From: Candidatus Omnitrophota bacterium
GTDB taxonomy: Bacteria; Omnitrophota; Gorgyraeia; 1-14-0-20-64-10
Direction of reading: 5' to 3'
Length of the DNA: 64,000 bases
Assembly: GCA_023248155.1 (NCBI GenBank)
Contig: JAHFFE010000002.1
Span: 124,824 to 188,823 of the forward strand
The notes beneath the pieces are model-generated. The model did not search any database and was not told the DNA's origin. It worked only from the letters and a program-made list of their open reading frames with translations. The number at the start of each line of letters is the position of its first letter. Position 1 is the first letter of the stretch. Below are positions 42,130 through 52,221 of the stretch, in pieces. A program made the position numbers and the translations under genes.

Positions 42130-43041
42130 ATGACCGAAAAAAAATTCTGGAAATTGGGGATAATCGGCTGGCCTCTCGGCTACTCGCTTTCGCCGGTGAT
42201 GCATCATGCCGCGTTGAAGGCCAGCGGACTGCAGGGCGAATATCTGGAGTATAAGGTAAAGCCCGAAGATCTCGAGAACTGGCTCTTGACGGTTGCACCC
42301 ACACTGGACGGTTTTAATGTGACGATGCCGTACAAAGAAGGGCTCTATCTCTGGATGCAGGACACGAGCGAATCCCGAAAAGCGGTTCTTTCACAGGTAG
42401 CCGCGCAGATGCGCGCCGTCAATACGGTGGTTGTTCGCGACGGCGGTTTTGCAGGGGATAACACCGACGGCATCGGCTTCGTGAATTCACTGAATGAAAA
42501 AATTCCGGCCGGTTTTGACGACAAGAAAGTTTTGGTTTTTGGCGCCGGCGGCGCGGCGCGCGCCGTGATTTGGGCGCTGTTGACCAAGCATTCCGGGAAA
42601 CGGATGCGGATCTATCTGTACAACCGCGATGCAAAAAAAGCGGCCGATCTCTGCGCGCAGATGACGGCTGCAAAGCCGGCCGAATGCCATTCTGAAATTC
42701 AGGTTTGTTCGAATGAAGAAAGAAACGAGGCGCTGCAATTTGATCTGATCGTTAATACGACGCCGGTCGGCATGAACCCGGGCGAGGGGCCGTTATTTGA
42801 CTATGGCCAGCTGCGGCCCGGACAAATTGTCTATGACATTGTTTATAAACCGAAAGAAACGCCGCTGGTTCAGGCCGCGAATTCCCGCGCCTGCATTGTG
42901 ATTACCGGTGATGAAATGCTGGCAGGCCAGGGGGCCGCGGCGTTTGAGCTCTGGACCGGAGTGCCGGCCGCCAAGACATTGCCGGTGATGAAGAAAGCGC
43001 TGGATGAGCATTTCGCGCATCGCGAAAAGGCCCAGGCGTGA
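42130..43041 (+). CDS. aroE: Shikimate dehydrogenase
   Basis: LGIIGWPLGYSLSPVMH N-terminal signature, NADP Rossmann region GAGGAARAV. Confidence 0.85.
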   Translation: MTEKKFWKLGIIGWPLGYSLSPVMHHAALKASGLQGEYLEYKVKPEDLENWLLTVAPTLDGFNVTMPYKEGLYLWMQDTSESRKAVLSQVAAQMRAVNTVVVRDGGFAGDNTDGIGFVNSLNEKIPAGFDDKKVLVFGAGGAARAVIWALLTKHSGKRMRIYLYNRDAKKAADLCAQMTAAKPAECHSEIQVCSNEERNEALQFDLIVNTTPVGMNPGEGPLFDYGQLRPGQIVYDIVYKPKETPLVQAANSRACIVITGDEMLAGQGAAAFELWTGVPAAKTLPVMKKALDEHFAHREKAQA

Positions 43042-43838
43042 TAATGGATCAAGGGCTTGTCTTCAGCTTGGTGTTTGTTTTCGGATTACTGTTCGGATCG
43101 TTTCTCAATGTTTGTATTCGCCGGATTCCGGCGGAAGAACAGATTTGGGCCGGGCGGTCGCATTGCCGCTCCTGTAAAAAGATGATCGGCTGGACTGATA
43201 ATATTCCGGTAATCAGTTTTTGTGTATTAAAGGCGCGCTGCCGGCATTGCAAGGCGCGCATCGGGTGGAGTTATCCGCTGGTGGAACTGGCGACCGGCAT
43301 TTTGTTTGTGGCCTGCGTCGCGCGGTTCGGGCAGACGCCGCTGGCTGTTGTGTATGCGCTGCTGGGCGCGGCGCTGATCGTTCTGACGGTCATTGATTTT
43401 CATGAAATGTTTTTGCCCGACGAAATTACACTGCCGGGTATTTCGATCGGCGTGATTGTCAGTTTTTTTCTGCCGCAGCTGCATGGGGCCGCTACGCCGT
43501 GGGCCGGGCTCTGGGCCGCTGTCGCAGGCGCGTTGGTCGGTTCCGGTATTTTAACGGTGATTCGCTGGCTGGGCGGGCTGGCGTTTAAGCGCGAAGCGAT
43601 GGGCCTGGGCGATTTAAAGCTGATGGCGATGGTGGGCGCGTTCATCGGCGTTTATAAGGCGGGGTTGGTCGATTTTTTTCTGGCGCCGATTCTTGGCGCT
43701 TTGATCGGTTTGGCTTTAAAATTAAGGGATGGGCGCGAAGAGATTCCGTTCGGGCCGTTTTTGGCGGCCGGAACGCTGATTGCCATTTTTTGGGGCGACG
43801 CGATTTTAAACTGGTACGCGCATTGGTTATTCGGATAG
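43038..43838 (+). CDS. pilD: Prepilin peptidase (A24 family, type IV pilin leader peptidase/N-methyltransferase)
   Basis: Tetra-Cys Zn motif (CRSC..CRHC), multi-TM, conserved GLGDLKL region. Confidence 0.8.
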   Translation: MIMDQGLVFSLVFVFGLLFGSFLNVCIRRIPAEEQIWAGRSHCRSCKKMIGWTDNIPVISFCVLKARCRHCKARIGWSYPLVELATGILFVACVARFGQTPLAVVYALLGAALIVLTVIDFHEMFLPDEITLPGISIGVIVSFFLPQLHGAATPWAGLWAAVAGALVGSGILTVIRWLGGLAFKREAMGLGDLKLMAMVGAFIGVYKAGLVDFFLAPILGALIGLALKLRDGREEIPFGPFLAAGTLIAIFWGDAILNWYAHWLFG

Positions 43839-43866
43839 AACCGGTCCCCTAAAAAAGGAGGGAAAA

Positions 43867-44994
43867 ATGCTTCGGTATTTGACCGCGGGAGAATCACACG
43901 GACTTTGTCTGACAGCCATCGTCGAAGGGATGCCGGCCGGCCTGACGATTAATCAGGCGGCGATCGATTTGGAACTGAAACGCCGCCAGCTCGGCTACGG
44001 CCGCGGCGCGCGCATGACCTCGATTGAAACCGACAAAGTGAATTTTTTGTCGGGCGTCCGTGCCGGAAAAACGATGGGTTCTCCTCTGACGCTGCAGGTG
44101 CTCAACAAAGATACTTCCATCGACAAACTGCCGAAGGTGACCCGTCCTCGTCCCGGCCATGCCGATCTCTCCGGTGTTTTGAAATATGATCTCGATGATG
44201 TGCGCACCATTCTGGAGCGCGCTTCCGCGCGTGAAACGGCCGCGCGCGTGGCCGTCGGCGCGTTGATGAAACTGTTCCTGAAAGAGTTCGGCATCGAGGT
44301 TTTCAGCCATGTGACCAAGATGGGCGACGGTGTGGCAAAGACCGATACGCTGTCGTTCGACCAGATCCGCAAGAAGGCCGAGGTTTCTCCGCTGCGCTGC
44401 GCCGATATGAAGGCCGAAGCGAAAATGATCCGCTTCATCGACAAAGCCAAGAAAGCGGGCGATACCGTCGGCGGCAGCATTGAAATCGTGGCGCTGAATG
44501 TTCCGGTCGGCCTGGGTTCGCATGTGCAGTTTGACCGAAAACTGGACGCAAAACTGGCGATGCAGCTCATGTCGATCCAGGCGATCAAGGCTGTTGAGAT
44601 CGGCGCCGGAACGAAAGTGGCCGAACTGCTCGGATCACAGCTGCACGATCAGATTTTCTATTCGAAACAAAAAGGATTTTTCCGTAAAACGCACCGCGCC
44701 GGCGGCATCGAGGGCGGTATGTCGGTCGGCGGGCCCGTCGTGGTCCGGATCCATATGAAGCCGTTGTCCACGCTGCGCCGGCCGATGATGAGCGTCGACA
44801 TCAAGAACAAACAGTCATTCAAGGCGACTGTGGAACGGTCCGATGTCAGTGCCGTGCCGGCCGCCGGTATCGTGGGCGAATCGGTCATGGCGTTTGTGCT
44901 GGCCGATGCGCTGATCGAGAAGTTCGGCGGAGACAGCGTGGCTGAGATCAAACGCAATTACCAAGGATACCTGCGGCAGGTTGCCCAATTCTAA
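43867..44994 (+). CDS. aroC: Chorismate synthase
   Basis: MLRYLTAGESHG N-terminus and ..RPRPGHAD.. signature. Confidence 0.9.
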   Translation: MLRYLTAGESHGLCLTAIVEGMPAGLTINQAAIDLELKRRQLGYGRGARMTSIETDKVNFLSGVRAGKTMGSPLTLQVLNKDTSIDKLPKVTRPRPGHADLSGVLKYDLDDVRTILERASARETAARVAVGALMKLFLKEFGIEVFSHVTKMGDGVAKTDTLSFDQIRKKAEVSPLRCADMKAEAKMIRFIDKAKKAGDTVGGSIEIVALNVPVGLGSHVQFDRKLDAKLAMQLMSIQAIKAVEIGAGTKVAELLGSQLHDQIFYSKQKGFFRKTHRAGGIEGGMSVGGPVVVRIHMKPLSTLRRPMMSVDIKNKQSFKATVERSDVSAVPAAGIVGESVMAFVLADALIEKFGGDSVAEIKRNYQGYLRQVAQF

Positions 44995-44996
44995 AA

Positions 44997-45506
44997 GTGG
45001 ACAGTATTATTCTAGTCGGGTTCATGGGAACGGGTAAATCAACGGTCGGCAAATTGCTTGCCGATAAGTTGAAGCGGCCGTTTATTGACCTGGACCGAAT
45101 GATCGAGAAAAGCGCGGGCAGCACCGTCGCCCAGATTTTTTCGGAGCAGGGTGAAGGGAAATTCCGTCAGCTCGAAACAGAGGCGGTTCGCAAGGCGGTC
45201 AAAAAACCGGGTGTTGTGATTGCGACGGGCGGCGGTGTTTTATTGAAGGAAGAAAATCTTCGGTTGCTGAAAGGCGCCGGAACGTTGGTCTGTCTGACGG
45301 CCGGCGTCGATCAAATCATGCGCCGGATCGGAGCAGGGCGCGGCCGCAGGCCTTTGCTGGCCGGCGAAGATCCGCGCCGCCGCGTCGAGGACTTGCTGGC
45401 CCAGCGCGCACCTTATTACGCACAGGCCAATTGCACCATCTCGACGGACGGTCTTACGGCCAAACAGGCGGCAGAAAAAATAAAGAAAGAATTGAATTTG
45501 TCATGA
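44997..45506 (+). CDS. aroK: Shikimate kinase
   Basis: P-loop GFMGTGKSTVG. Length 169 aa. Confidence 0.85.
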   Translation: MDSIILVGFMGTGKSTVGKLLADKLKRPFIDLDRMIEKSAGSTVAQIFSEQGEGKFRQLETEAVRKAVKKPGVVIATGGGVLLKEENLRLLKGAGTLVCLTAGVDQIMRRIGAGRGRRPLLAGEDPRRRVEDLLAQRAPYYAQANCTISTDGLTAKQAAEKIKKELNLS

Positions 45507-46630
45507 TGACTGAACGGGAAGCGCTTCTGCGACTGACATTGGCACGGGGAATCGGATCCGTTGCGATCAGCCGTTTGCGCGAAGTTTTTCCAAATCTGCC
45601 AGAAGTATTCGCTGCGTCGGAAGAGGCGCTGAGACCGGTACTGACTCCCGCGCGCGCCGCGGAATTTGTCCGGCAAAGAAATTCGGGAGAACTCAACGCT
45701 CTCTATGAACAAGAGCTGCGTCTGACTGACCAACAGAATGTGCGCTGGCTGACCGTCGACGATGCCGATTATCCGGCGCTGTTAAAGCAGATGATCAATC
45801 CGCCGGCGGCGCTCTATGTTCGAGGATCGTTGTTGGTTGAAGATGAAGCGGCCGTCGCGATGGTCGGAACGCGCCGGGCGACGCCGTATGGATTATCGAC
45901 GGCAGGACAGTTTGCCAAAGCGTTGTCGCGAGCCGGTATTACGGTGGTTTCAGGATTGGCCGAAGGGATTGACCGGGCCGCGCATGAAGGCGCGCTGGAA
46001 GCCGGCGGCCGGACGATCGCCGTGGTGGGCCATGGTCTCTCGATGATTTATCCGCCGCATCACCGGGGTCTGGCTGAAAAAATTGCACAACAGGGAGCCA
46101 TCGTTTCTGAATTTCCGATGGGAATTGAACCGGAAGCAGGAAATTTTCCGCGCCGCAATCGTGTGATTGCCGGATTAAGTCTAGGAACTTTAGTCGTGGA
46201 AGCCCCGTCGCGCAGCGGCGCGTTGATTACCGCGCGTGAAGCGGGCGAAATCGGCCGGGCCGTTTTTGCGATCCCGGGGCCGGTGTCATCGCCGCAGTCG
46301 CAGGGATCGTTTGCATTGCTGAAAGATGGCGCGAAATTAGTAACGACCGTTGGTGATATTTTTGAGGAGTTGGCCCCGGCCTTAAAAGACCGGATCGCGC
46401 AATGGAGTGGCGATCTGACGGCTGAAGCCAGAGTTCCGTTGAAAGAAGCGCTGGCTCCAGAAGAAGCGGCGATTATAAAATTTATTCCGGTCGGAAGTCC
46501 GGTCAATCTGGAACAGCTGGCCGCGCAAATTCAAATACCGGCATCCGATCTATTGTCGTCACTGACGGAACTGGAATTGAGAGGCGTAGTGCGGCAGATG
46601 CCGGGCCATGGGTTCAGCCGGACGGCATAA
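45503..46630 (+). CDS. dprA: DNA processing protein DprA (Smf)
   Basis: DprA Rossmann-like core (..VVSGLAEGIDRAAHEGAL.., ..AVFAIPGPV..). Start ATG 45503 overlaps the aroK stop. The ORF start at 45431 is an over-extension. Confidence 0.8.
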   Translation: MMTEREALLRLTLARGIGSVAISRLREVFPNLPEVFAASEEALRPVLTPARAAEFVRQRNSGELNALYEQELRLTDQQNVRWLTVDDADYPALLKQMINPPAALYVRGSLLVEDEAAVAMVGTRRATPYGLSTAGQFAKALSRAGITVVSGLAEGIDRAAHEGALEAGGRTIAVVGHGLSMIYPPHHRGLAEKIAQQGAIVSEFPMGIEPEAGNFPRRNRVIAGLSLGTLVVEAPSRSGALITAREAGEIGRAVFAIPGPVSSPQSQGSFALLKDGAKLVTTVGDIFEELAPALKDRIAQWSGDLTAEARVPLKEALAPEEAAIIKFIPVGSPVNLEQLAAQIQIPASDLLSSLTELELRGVVRQMPGHGFSRTA

Positions 46631-46632
46631 CA

Positions 46633-46836
46633 ATGCGCGTGACCGTCAACGGCGATCCGATGGAATTGAACGAAGGGACGACGCTGACCGATTTGCTCGT
46701 GCAGGTCCAGCTGAAACCGGAACTGGTGGTCATTGAATACAATCTGACCATTTTGCGCCGGGATGAACTTGCGGGTACCGTATTAAAGGAAGGCGATCAG
46801 GTCGAGATCGTTCATTTCGTGGGAGGAGGAGTTTAA
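46633..46836 (+). CDS. thiS: ThiS/MoaD-family sulfur-carrier protein (C-terminal GG)
   Basis: 67-aa protein ending ..VHFVGGGV, typical ThiS size and terminus. Confidence 0.6.
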   Translation: MRVTVNGDPMELNEGTTLTDLLVQVQLKPELVVIEYNLTILRRDELAGTVLKEGDQVEIVHFVGGGV

Positions 46837-46840
46837 GCCG

Positions 46841-48985
46841 ATGGCAACGAAAAAAGCGGCAGCCGGTTCGAAAAAAGGCAAGGCGCTGGTAATTGTGGAG
46901 TCGCCCACCAAGGCGCGCACGCTGGACCGGTTTTTGGGCAGTTCTTATAAAGTAATCGCCTCCCAGGGTCATGTGATGGATCTTCCGGCCAGCAAGTTTG
47001 GCGTTGATTTGGAAAATAATTTTGCCCCGCACTACATCGTCATTTTTAAGAAACGGAAACTGGTCCGCGAATTAAAAGAGGCGGCCGCCAAGTACAAAGA
47101 ACTGTACCTGGCCACCGACCCTGACCGCGAAGGCGAGGCGATCAGCGCGCACCTGGCCATTATTCTGGGCGAAGGTAAAAAGATCCACCGCGCCGAGTTC
47201 CATGAAATCACGCCGGCGGCCGTGCAGGCCGCGTTTGACCATCCGCGCGAAGTGAATGTCCACCGCGTTGAAGCGCAGCAGGCGCGCCGCATCCTCGACC
47301 GTATCGTCGGCTACAGCCTTTCACCGCTGCTCTGGAAAAAAGTCGGATCGGGTTTAAGCGCCGGCCGCGTGCAGTCGGTCGCGTTGAAACTGATTGTTGA
47401 CCGTGAGCGCGAAATCCGCGCGTTCAATCCGATGGAATATTGGAAAGTGCAGGTGGTGCTTGAGAAAATCAAACCGCTTGCCGACGAACCAAAATCATTC
47501 GTGGCCGAGCTGGAATCGGTTGACGGGAAAAAGACCGAACTCAAAGAGGGCGCCATCGCGCATGAGATCGTGGACGGCCTGAAAAACGCTCCGTTCATCA
47601 TCACCGGATTAACCCAGAAAGCGCAGCAGCGCCGCCCCGCCGCCCCGTACACCACCAGCACGCTGCAGCAGGACGCGTTCAACAAACTGGGGTTCACGGC
47701 AGGACGGACGATGCGCATCGCGCAGCAACTGTATGAAGGCATCGAAGTGGGGGAGGAAGGTCCCGTCGGTTTGATTACCTACATGAGGACCGATTCGGTG
47801 CAGGTTGCCGCCGAGGCGCAGGCGCAGGCCCGCCAGTTCATCGAGCAGCAGTTCGGCAAACCGTTTTTGCCGGAAACGCCTCCCAAATATCAGTCCAAGC
47901 GCGGCGCGCAGGAAGCGCACGAAGCGATACGCCCCACCGGCGTTGAGCGTCTGCCGGAATCGGTGGCGTCGTTCCTGGATCCGGCGCAGATGAAATTGTA
48001 CACGTTGATCTGGAACCGTTTTCTGGCCAGCCAGATGGCGCCGGCCCGTCTTGAAGTGACCAGCGTCGAGATTACGGCCGGCCGCTGCGGGTTCCGCGCT
48101 TCAGGGACCAAGATTTTATTTCCCGGTTTTTTGAAAGTGATGCGCGCCGACGAAGAGGCCGCGAAAAAGAAGAAGGCCAAAGAAAAAGCGGAAGAGCCGG
48201 AAGAAGAGGCCAAAGAGGAAGAAGCCAAATCGACGGGACAAATTCTTCCGACGCTTGAAAAAGACGAGAAAGTTCTTCCGCAGTCGATTGATCCGAGCCA
48301 GCATTTTACGAAACCGCCGGCGCGCTTTACCGAAGCGTCACTGATCAAAACGATGGAAGAGTTGGGAATCGGCCGTCCTTCTACTTACGCGCCGACCATC
48401 TATACGATCTCCACGCGCGGTTATGTGACAAAGACAGGGCGCGCGCTTTCGCCGTCCAACCTGGGAGAGGTAGTCACCGATCTGCTCGCGCAGAATTTTC
48501 CGCAGGTGGTCGATGTGCAGTTTACGGCCCGCCTGGAAGAACAGCTCGACGAGGTGGAAGAGGGCAAGCAGACCTGGCCGGCCTGCGTGAATGAATTTTA
48601 TGGGCCGTTCGCCCAGGCGCTGAAGGCGGCCATGGACATTGAATCGGTCAAGCAGGCGCCCGAACCGACGAACGAAATCTGTCCGCAGTGCGGAAAGCCG
48701 ATTGTGATCAAGTGGGGGCGCAAGGGCCGGTTCATGAGCTGCTCTGCGTTTCCGGAATGCAAGTTTGCCAAACCGATTACCACCGGCGTGAAATGTCCCG
48801 AGTCCGGCTGCGACGGAGAATTGGTCCGACGCCAGTCGCGCCGCGGTTCTTTTTACGGATGTTCGCGTTTCCCGAACTGCCGGCATATTTCAAAAGATCT
48901 CCCGCCGGGATCACCGGAAAATCCAGGGCCATCCACCGGTCCGGCCAACGGCAATGAATCGCCGCAAAACGGGCCCAATGGCTGA
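46841..48985 (+). CDS. topA: DNA topoisomerase I
   Basis: TOPRIM N-terminus (LVIVESPTKA), active-site region, C-terminal C4 Zn ribbons (CPQCGKP.., CPESGCDGEL..). Confidence 0.9.
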   Translation: MATKKAAAGSKKGKALVIVESPTKARTLDRFLGSSYKVIASQGHVMDLPASKFGVDLENNFAPHYIVIFKKRKLVRELKEAAAKYKELYLATDPDREGEAISAHLAIILGEGKKIHRAEFHEITPAAVQAAFDHPREVNVHRVEAQQARRILDRIVGYSLSPLLWKKVGSGLSAGRVQSVALKLIVDREREIRAFNPMEYWKVQVVLEKIKPLADEPKSFVAELESVDGKKTELKEGAIAHEIVDGLKNAPFIITGLTQKAQQRRPAAPYTTSTLQQDAFNKLGFTAGRTMRIAQQLYEGIEVGEEGPVGLITYMRTDSVQVAAEAQAQARQFIEQQFGKPFLPETPPKYQSKRGAQEAHEAIRPTGVERLPESVASFLDPAQMKLYTLIWNRFLASQMAPARLEVTSVEITAGRCGFRASGTKILFPGFLKVMRADEEAAKKKKAKEKAEEPEEEAKEEEAKSTGQILPTLEKDEKVLPQSIDPSQHFTKPPARFTEASLIKTMEELGIGRPSTYAPTIYTISTRGYVTKTGRALSPSNLGEVVTDLLAQNFPQVVDVQFTARLEEQLDEVEEGKQTWPACVNEFYGPFAQALKAAMDIESVKQAPEPTNEICPQCGKPIVIKWGRKGRFMSCSAFPECKFAKPITTGVKCPESGCDGELVRRQSRRGSFYGCSRFPNCRHISKDLPPGSPENPGPSTGPANGNESPQNGPNG

Positions 48986-49892
48986 ATCCCGCCTATCGGG
49001 CGCGGGTAATTCCGGCGACCCGTGGCTGCGCCGCTTTTTCGATTATCTTCGGGTGGAGCGCGATGGTTCGCCGCATACGCATCGCAATTACGAAAAAGAT
49101 TTGACGCTGCTCAAGCAGGCGTCCGGCGGCAGGACCTGGGCGCAAATGGATCTGCTGACGCTGCGGCAGTTCGTCGCGCAGCAGCGGTCCGGCGGCCTTT
49201 CCAAATCAACGGTTGCGCGGCGCGTGGCCTCGATCCGTTCCTTCTTTCGTTATTTAAGCAGGGAAGGACTGATCAGTTCCAATCCGGCGCTGGGCTTGAC
49301 GCGTCCCAAACAAGACAAACATCTGCCGTCGTTTCTCAGTCAGGAGGAAGCGACCCGTCTGGTGGAAGCGCCCGCCGGAGATTCATTCGCGGCGCGCCGC
49401 GACAAGGCGATTCTCGAAACGCTTTATTCGACCGGTCTGCGCGTCAGCGAGCTGGTCGGATTGAAAATCCGCGATGTCGATTTGATCGGCGGTTCGCTGC
49501 GGACTATCGGCAAGGGACGCAAAGAGCGGCTGGTGCCGGTCGGTTCCTACAGTATCAAGGCGATCCGCGATTATCTGAAACGTTTGCGCCCGGCCGATGC
49601 TTCCCCCGAGAAAACATTGTTTCAAAACCAGCGGCACGGTCCTCTGACGGATCGCTCGGTCCGCCGCATTTTAAACCGGTATCTGACCCAGGTTCAGGTT
49701 CAAACGCGCATCTCACCCCATTCGCTGCGGCATTCGTTCGCGACGCATTTGCTGGACCGCGGCGCCGATCTGCGCGCCGTTCAGGAACTGCTGGGACACA
49801 GCTCGCTTTCCACGACGCAGGTCTATACGCATGTGACCACCGACCGGTTGAAGAAAGTATACGACTCGGCTCATCCGCGTGCGCGCAAATGA
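48978..49892 (+). CDS. xerC: Tyrosine site-specific recombinase XerC/XerD family
   Basis: Catalytic R..HxxR..Y region (..LRHSFATHLLDRGADLRAVQELLGHSSLSTTQVYTHV..). The annotated ORF start at 48954 overlaps the topA end; I prefer ATG 48978. Confidence 0.8.
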   Translation: MAESRLSGAGNSGDPWLRRFFDYLRVERDGSPHTHRNYEKDLTLLKQASGGRTWAQMDLLTLRQFVAQQRSGGLSKSTVARRVASIRSFFRYLSREGLISSNPALGLTRPKQDKHLPSFLSQEEATRLVEAPAGDSFAARRDKAILETLYSTGLRVSELVGLKIRDVDLIGGSLRTIGKGRKERLVPVGSYSIKAIRDYLKRLRPADASPEKTLFQNQRHGPLTDRSVRRILNRYLTQVQVQTRISPHSLRHSFATHLLDRGADLRAVQELLGHSSLSTTQVYTHVTTDRLKKVYDSAHPRARK

Positions 49893-51205
49893 TTTTAATA
49901 GCCGGTCTCTGGATCTATCAATTCGGCTTCGGTGTATTTGGATTTTTATACCTGTTGATCCGGACGATGCGCGGCCGGCCGATGCCCGGGCTTCGCGAAC
50001 GGCTGGCAATTTATTCGTCCGCGCAGAAAGAACAGTTGAAGAAATTGCGCCGGCCGCTCTGGATGCAGCTGGTATCGGTAGGCGAAGTGGTGGCCGCCCA
50101 GCCGTTGATTTTGCGCATGAAGGAGCGGTTTCCCGACAGTGATTGGGTAGTTACGACGGTCACTCCGGCGGGCCGCGCCGTGGCCGAAAAAAATCTGGCG
50201 CCGCTGGGTGTTTGCGTATTGTATCTGCCGTGGGATTTTCAGCCGATTACGGCCCGCGCCATTCGCATCATCCGGCCTGCGCTTTTCCTGTCGTTCGAAA
50301 CGGAGCTTTGGCCGGTGCTGTATTACCAGCTGGAAAAAGCCGGCGTTCCGGTCGCCGTTGTTAACGGACGGATTTCTGCGCGCGCTTATCCACGGTATCT
50401 CTGGGTTCGTTTTTGGATGGAGCGGTTCCTGCATCCGGTGCAGCTGGTGTTGGCGCAGACGCCCCAGGATGCGCGGCGATACGCAGCGCTCGGCGCCGCG
50501 AAAGACCGGATCGGGATCGCCGGAAATATTAAATGGGATTTGCCGGTGCCTGCGCCGGTTGATTCCGCCGAACAGGCGCGCCGCCGTAAATTATTGGGCG
50601 TTTCAGTTCAGGACTGTCTCTGGATCGCCGGCTCGACGCATCCGGGCGAGGAAGAAATTATTTTGCGCGTCTATCGCCGGCTGAGAGAATCGTTTCCGGG
50701 TTTGCGATTGGCGTTGGCGCCGCGGCATACAGACCGGACGGAAACAATCGGCCAGCTGGTTGAAAAAGAGGGCCTGCGCTGGGTGCGCAAAACGGCATTG
50801 AAGGATTCCTCTCCGGTTTCCGCCGGCACGGTGGTCCTGGTGGATACGGTCGGCGAATTGACGGCGCTCTATCAGATCAGCGATCTTGTTTTTGTCGGCG
50901 GGTCGCTGGTTCCCAAAGGCGGACATAATTTAATTGAGCCGGCTGTTTTTTCGAAACCGATCATGACGGGGCCGTTCCTGCAGAATTTTCAGGCGATCGC
51001 CGAAGCGCTGCGCGCCGGCGGCGGACTCGCTGTGGTTTCCGGTGAGACTGAATTGGAGAAAACGATTCGCAATTTAATCTCGATGCCAGGCCAGGCAGGC
51101 GAGCTGGGTGAGCGCGCTTACTCGGTTTACCGCGGGAACCAGGGCGCTGTTGACCGGATCTGCGATGCGATTGCGCGGCATTGGGGCAGCAAGCTCTCTA
51201 AATGA
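49889..51205 (+). CDS. waaA: 3-deoxy-D-manno-octulosonic acid (Kdo) transferase
   Basis: KdtA N-terminus (..LWMQLVSVGEV..) and the C-terminal GT-B fold. The annotated ORF 49022..51205 is a read-through over-extension. ATG 49889 overlaps the xerC stop. Confidence 0.8.
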   Translation: MILIAGLWIYQFGFGVFGFLYLLIRTMRGRPMPGLRERLAIYSSAQKEQLKKLRRPLWMQLVSVGEVVAAQPLILRMKERFPDSDWVVTTVTPAGRAVAEKNLAPLGVCVLYLPWDFQPITARAIRIIRPALFLSFETELWPVLYYQLEKAGVPVAVVNGRISARAYPRYLWVRFWMERFLHPVQLVLAQTPQDARRYAALGAAKDRIGIAGNIKWDLPVPAPVDSAEQARRRKLLGVSVQDCLWIAGSTHPGEEEIILRVYRRLRESFPGLRLALAPRHTDRTETIGQLVEKEGLRWVRKTALKDSSPVSAGTVVLVDTVGELTALYQISDLVFVGGSLVPKGGHNLIEPAVFSKPIMTGPFLQNFQAIAEALRAGGGLAVVSGETELEKTIRNLISMPGQAGELGERAYSVYRGNQGAVDRICDAIARHWGSKLSK

Positions 51206-52221
51206 AAAACCGAATCCTCGGATGGATATGGCGATGGTCGCTGGCTCCGGTGCTGGAAGTCGTTTACGCGGCGGGGTTGACGGTCGTCTACGCGCTTTAC
51301 CGGGTCCGGATTTTTCGCAGACACCGCCTTCCGGTGAAGGTGGTCAGCGTCGGGAACCTGACCTGGGGCGGGACCGGCAAAACGCCGCTGGTGCTGTTTC
51401 TGGCGCGGCAGTTAAAACAACGGGGATGGCGCGTCGCCGTTCTGACGCGCGGATATGGAAAAGATGAGTCACGGCTTTTAACCGAAAGGCTGGCGCCGAT
51501 TCCGGTGCTGGTCGGACCGGACCGTCTTGCCAACGGAAAAAAAGCGATTGAACAGCACAACGCCAATCTGCTGTTGCTGGATGACGGGTATCAGCAGTGG
51601 CGTTTGATCAAAGACATTGAAATACTGATGGTGAATGAAGGGTCTCCGTGGGGCAACGGCCATTTGATTCCTCGCGGAATTTTGCGTGAACCGATTTCGG
51701 CCGGCCGGCGCGCCGACCTGGTGGTGATGAAACAGTCCAGCCCCGATCCTTCGGCGGCCGTCTGGACCGAGGTCCATCTGCGGGCCGCTTTAATCGATGC
51801 GCCGTTGTTTCAGATGGGCTATACCGTCGCGACGCTGCGGGAATGGCCGGGCAGGGCAACGCTGCCGCCGTCGTCGTTAAAAGGGCGGCGCGTGGCCACG
51901 CTGGCCGGTATCGCCGGACCCACCCAGTTTGAAGCGACGGTTCGTTCTTTGGGGGCATCGGTTCCGGTTCATTTCCGCGTGCGCGACCATCATCCGTACA
52001 CGGCCCAGGAATTAGTCCGGATGGTTCAGCGCTGTCAGCGCAATCAGATTGACAGCTTGGTGACCACCGCGAAAGATGCGGTCCGTTTGCACGGTTTTTT
52101 CATGGATTTTCTGAAAGAGCGCGCGCCGCAGTTTAAAATTTTGATTATTGAAATTGAACCCTGGTTTAAACCTGATGAAAGCCAACTTTTACACCGAATC
52201 GATACTTTACTCGCTCGCTAG
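51202..52221 (+). CDS. lpxK: Tetraacyldisaccharide 4'-kinase
   Basis: P-loop VVSVGNLTWGGTGKTP. Length 339 aa. Follows waaA. Confidence 0.85.
   Translation: MKNRILGWIWRWSLAPVLEVVYAAGLTVVYALYRVRIFRRHRLPVKVVSVGNLTWGGTGKTPLVLFLARQLKQRGWRVAVLTRGYGKDESRLLTERLAPIPVLVGPDRLANGKKAIEQHNANLLLLDDGYQQWRLIKDIEILMVNEGSPWGNGHLIPRGILREPISAGRRADLVVMKQSSPDPSAAVWTEVHLRAALIDAPLFQMGYTVATLREWPGRATLPPSSLKGRRVATLAGIAGPTQFEATVRSLGASVPVHFRVRDHHPYTAQELVRMVQRCQRNQIDSLVTTAKDAVRLHGFFMDFLKERAPQFKILIIEIEPWFKPDESQLLHRIDTLLAR

Noticed and set aside
49022-49888. 5' 867 bp of the annotated 727-aa ORF 49022..51205
   Set aside because: This frame lies inside xerC in another frame. The WaaA homology starts at about ATG 49889, so the long ORF is read-through of an open alternative frame.
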